64,000 bases of DNA from a phage. The stretch is taken from sequence record OZ335963.1. The stretch is one strand, 5' to 3'. The position numbers and the translations under genes were made by a program. The notes beneath the pieces were generated by a model, which saw only the letters and a list, made by a program, of their open reading frames with translations, did no database searches and was not told the origin of the DNA. Shown piece after piece: positions 57,908-64,000 of the stretch (its first letter is position 1; every line of letters begins with the position of its first letter).

Positions 57908-59454
57908 GTAACAATACATATCAGCACGTATCAAATGAATCAAAATATGTTAAATTCGATCCTACTGGATCGAATTTTCCTGACACTGTTACGACAGTGC
58001 AGTCTGCATTATCAAAAATAAGTAATATCGGCGTAAATGGTATTCCTGATGCAACTATGGAAGTTAAAGGAATAGCAATGATTGCGTCAGAGCAAGAAGT
58101 TTTAGATGGAACTAATAATTCTAAAATCGTTACACCAGCTACATTAGCAACAAGATTATTGTATCCAAATGCTACTGAAACTAAGTATGGTTTAACGCGC
58201 TATTCAACAAATGAAGAAACATTAGAAGGCTCAGATAATAATTCATCAATAACGCCACAAAAACTGAAATACCATACTGACGATGTGTTCCAAAATAGAT
58301 ATTCGTCTGAGTCATCAAACGGGGTTATTAAAATATCATCTACACCTGCAGCTTTGGCCGGCGTAGATGATACTACGGCAATGACTCCATTAAAAACCCA
58401 AAAACTTGCAATAAAATTAATTTCACAAATAGCTCCTTCAGAAGACACTGCAACAGAATCGGTGAGAGGAGTAGTTCAATTATCTACTGTTGCACAAACT
58501 CGTCAAGGAACTCTCCGCGAAGGATATGCAATTTCCCCATATACCTTTATGAATTCTGTTGCAACAGATGAATATAGGGGTGTTATACGTTTAGGAACAC
58601 AAACTGAAATTAATAATAATTTAGGGGGTGTTGCAGTAACAGGTGAAACACTAAATGGTCGAGGAGCTACCGGTTCTATGCGTGGAGTAGTTAAATTAAC
58701 GACGCAAGCCGGTATTGCCCCTGAAGGTGATAGTTCTGGAGCATTAGCATGGAACGCAGATGTAATTAATACTCGTGGTGGACAAACTATTAATGGTTCT
58801 TTAAATTTAGACCATCTTACAGCAAACGGAATTTGGTCGCGTGGTGGAATGTGGAAAAATGGCGATCAACCTGTTGCCACTGAAAGATATGCGTCCGAAA
58901 GAATTCCAGTTGGGACTATTATGATGTTTGCAGGTGATTCAGCACCTCCAGGTTGGTCTATGTGTCACGGTGGAACCGTGTCAGGTGACCAATTTCCTGA
59001 TTATAGAAACGTAGTTGGAACAAGATTTGGTGGTGATTGGAATAATCCTGGTATTCCTGATATGCGAGGTCTTTTCGTCAGAGGGGCCGGCACAGGCGGT
59101 CATATTTTAAATCAACGAGGACAAGATGGTTATGGAAAGGATAGACTTGGCGTAGGATGTGACGGAATGCATGTTGGCGGTGTTCAAGCACAACAAATGT
59201 CATACCATAAACACGCCGGTGGTTGGGGGGAATATAACAGAAGTGAAGGCCCATTTGGCGCGTCTGTTTATCAAGGATATCTTGGAACTAGAAAATATTC
59301 CGACTGGGATAATTCTTCATACTTCACTAATGATGGATTTGAATTAGGTGGACCGAGAGATGCCCTTGGTACACTTAATCGTGAAGGATTAATTGGTTAT
59401 GAAACTAGACCATGGAATATATCATTAAACTATATTATTAAAGTTCATTACTAA
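57904..59454 (+). CDS. 12: Short tail fiber gp12, variant C-terminal region
   Basis: 516 aa (T4 527); N-terminal two-thirds close to T4 gp12, C-terminal third diverges. Confidence 0.9.
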   Translation: MSNNTYQHVSNESKYVKFDPTGSNFPDTVTTVQSALSKISNIGVNGIPDATMEVKGIAMIASEQEVLDGTNNSKIVTPATLATRLLYPNATETKYGLTRYSTNEETLEGSDNNSSITPQKLKYHTDDVFQNRYSSESSNGVIKISSTPAALAGVDDTTAMTPLKTQKLAIKLISQIAPSEDTATESVRGVVQLSTVAQTRQGTLREGYAISPYTFMNSVATDEYRGVIRLGTQTEINNNLGGVAVTGETLNGRGATGSMRGVVKLTTQAGIAPEGDSSGALAWNADVINTRGGQTINGSLNLDHLTANGIWSRGGMWKNGDQPVATERYASERIPVGTIMMFAGDSAPPGWSMCHGGTVSGDQFPDYRNVVGTRFGGDWNNPGIPDMRGLFVRGAGTGGHILNQRGQDGYGKDRLGVGCDGMHVGGVQAQQMSYHKHAGGWGEYNRSEGPFGASVYQGYLGTRKYSDWDNSSYFTNDGFELGGPRDALGTLNREGLIGYETRPWNISLNYIIKVHY

Positions 59455-59463
59455 GGATTACAA

Positions 59464-60921
59464 ATGATTGAATTAAAAGAGTTACCTTTTGTTGATAGCG
59501 TTCCTGACGAAGGTCAGGAACGTATTTCATGGATTAAAAATGGTGAAGAAATATTAGGAGCTAGTACTAAGTATGGAAATGATGGATCAATGAATAGACC
59601 AATTGTTTCCGTGTTTAAAAACGTCGAAGTTCTTGATGAAAATGTGGGAATTCTTAAAACTGCCATTGAAACATCACAGAAAGATATTAAAACAATTCAA
59701 GGAGTTTTAGATGTATCAGGAGATATAGAAGCACTATCGCAGATCAGTGTTAATAAAAATGACATATCGAATTTAAAGACACTTACTAGTGAACACACTG
59801 ATATATTAACTGGAACTAATAATACAGTTGACAAAATTATTGCTGATATAGGTCCATTTAATAATGAAGAAAACTCTGTTTATAGAACAATTAGAAATGA
59901 TTTACTGTGGATTAAACAGGAATTAGGACAATATTCTGGCCAAGACATTAACGGTCTTCCTGTTGTTGGTAATGCTAGCACAGGAATGAAACACAGAATA
60001 ATAACAAATAGCACATTATTATCTTCACAAGGCATTCGTTTAAGCGAATTAGAAAATAAATTTACTGAATCTGACGTAGGATCATTAACTGTTGAAGTTG
60101 GTAAATTACGTGATGAACTTGGTAATAAACCGGTAGATTTTGGACCAAATATTTATAATAGATTAAACGCTATAGATGATAAACAAACTTTAATAAATTC
60201 TGATATAGCAGAAATTAAATCTTCTATTGGATACCCAGAAAATGTTTCTATAATAACAGAAATTAATAATAACAAAAGTAGCATTGAAGCTATTAATAAT
60301 GAATTAAATCAGAGTGAAGGTGTTAAACAACGCTTAACGGCTATTGAAACTTCTATCGGTTCAGATGATATTCCTTCTAGTATTAAAGGAAAAATTAAAA
60401 ATCACACAACTTCTATTGAATCTTTAAACGGAATTGTTGGTGAAAACACTTCGTCTGGTTTAAGAGCGAATGTTTCGTGGTTAAATCAAATTGTTGGAAC
60501 TGACTCCAGTGGAGGACAACCGTCTCCTTCTGGATCTCTATTAAATAAAGTTTCAGTGCTTGAAGGAGAAGTTTCAGTTTTAAACAATAATGTTCAAAAT
60601 ATACAAGTTGAAATAGGAAATAATAGAACAGGAATTAAAGGTCAAGTTATTGAACTTACTTCACTTATAAATGGAAATAATCCTGACGGATCAACTGTTG
60701 AAGAACGAGGATTAACTAATTCTGTAAAAACGAATGAAACCAACATTGCGGCAGTCACACATGAAGTAAATACAGCTAAAGACAATATATCCTCTTTACA
60801 GAGCAGCGTTCAAGCTCTACAAGAAGCAGGTTATATTCCTGAAGCTCCAAAAGATGGCCAAGCTTACGTTCGTAAAGACGGCGAATGGGTATTACTTTCT
60901 ACCTTTTTATCACCAGCATAA
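59464..60921 (+). CDS. wac: Fibritin (whisker) Wac
   Basis: 485 aa; coiled-coil repeats and C-terminal foldon [27 protein letters not shown]. Confidence 0.95.
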   Translation: MIELKELPFVDSVPDEGQERISWIKNGEEILGASTKYGNDGSMNRPIVSVFKNVEVLDENVGILKTAIETSQKDIKTIQGVLDVSGDIEALSQISVNKNDISNLKTLTSEHTDILTGTNNTVDKIIADIGPFNNEENSVYRTIRNDLLWIKQELGQYSGQDINGLPVVGNASTGMKHRIITNSTLLSSQGIRLSELENKFTESDVGSLTVEVGKLRDELGNKPVDFGPNIYNRLNAIDDKQTLINSDIAEIKSSIGYPENVSIITEINNNKSSIEAINNELNQSEGVKQRLTAIETSIGSDDIPSSIKGKIKNHTTSIESLNGIVGENTSSGLRANVSWLNQIVGTDSSGGQPSPSGSLLNKVSVLEGEVSVLNNNVQNIQVEIGNNRTGIKGQVIELTSLINGNNPDGSTVEERGLTNSVKTNETNIAAVTHEVNTAKDNISSLQSSVQALQEAGYIPEAPKDGQAYVRKDGEWVLLSTFLSPA

Positions 60922-60945
60922 CATGGGGCCGCAAGGCCCCAAAGG
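60922..60945 (+). terminator. Hairpin after wac
   Basis: ggggccgcaaggcccc (GCAA tetraloop); the U-run is weak. Confidence 0.4.
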
Positions 60946-60952
60946 ATTTTAA

Positions 60953-62654
<1,702 letters not shown>

Positions 62655-62695
62655 TAAATATTATAAACTAATTAAAGCCCAGATTAGGAGAAATC

Positions 62696-64000
<1,305 letters not shown>

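Overview
This window is a contiguous segment of a T-even (T4-like) bacteriophage genome, running from the sliding-clamp gene 45 to the 5' end of terminase gene 16. Positions 1-45256 are almost entirely minus-strand early/middle genes: replication and recombination (45, rpbA, 46, 47), alpha-glucosyltransferase, late sigma factor gp55, the anaerobic nucleotide-reduction genes (nrdH, nrdG, nrdD, nrdC), endonuclease VII, rI, tk, regB, internal proteins ipI/ipII/ipIII, lysozyme e, nudE, a tRNA cluster, 57B (Acb1), 57A, and genes 1, 3, 2, 4. From 45304 onward the plus strand carries the late baseplate and tail-fiber module (53, 5, 5.1, 5.4, 6-12, wac, 13-15, partial 16). The phage is not T4 itself: lysozyme e and alpha-gt differ at several residues from the T4 sequences as I recall them, gp12 has a different C-terminal region, nrdD is an uninterrupted 605-codon ORF, no homing-endonuclease ORFs were seen, and the tRNA cluster appears to hold ten tRNAs (the eight T4 species plus Asn-GUU and Tyr-GUA). 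Gene calls rest on my recollection of T4 protein sequences and lengths plus motifs read directly from the translations; no database search was run. I found no clearly new multi-gene system. The most interesting candidates are uncharacterised early genes in the variable regions: three extra proteins carrying the internal-protein capsid-targeting leader, a four-gene tandem paralog array, and a nucleotidyltransferase operon. Coordinates I derived myself (tRNAs, promoters, terminators, small ORFs, refined starts) may be off by 1-2 nt.
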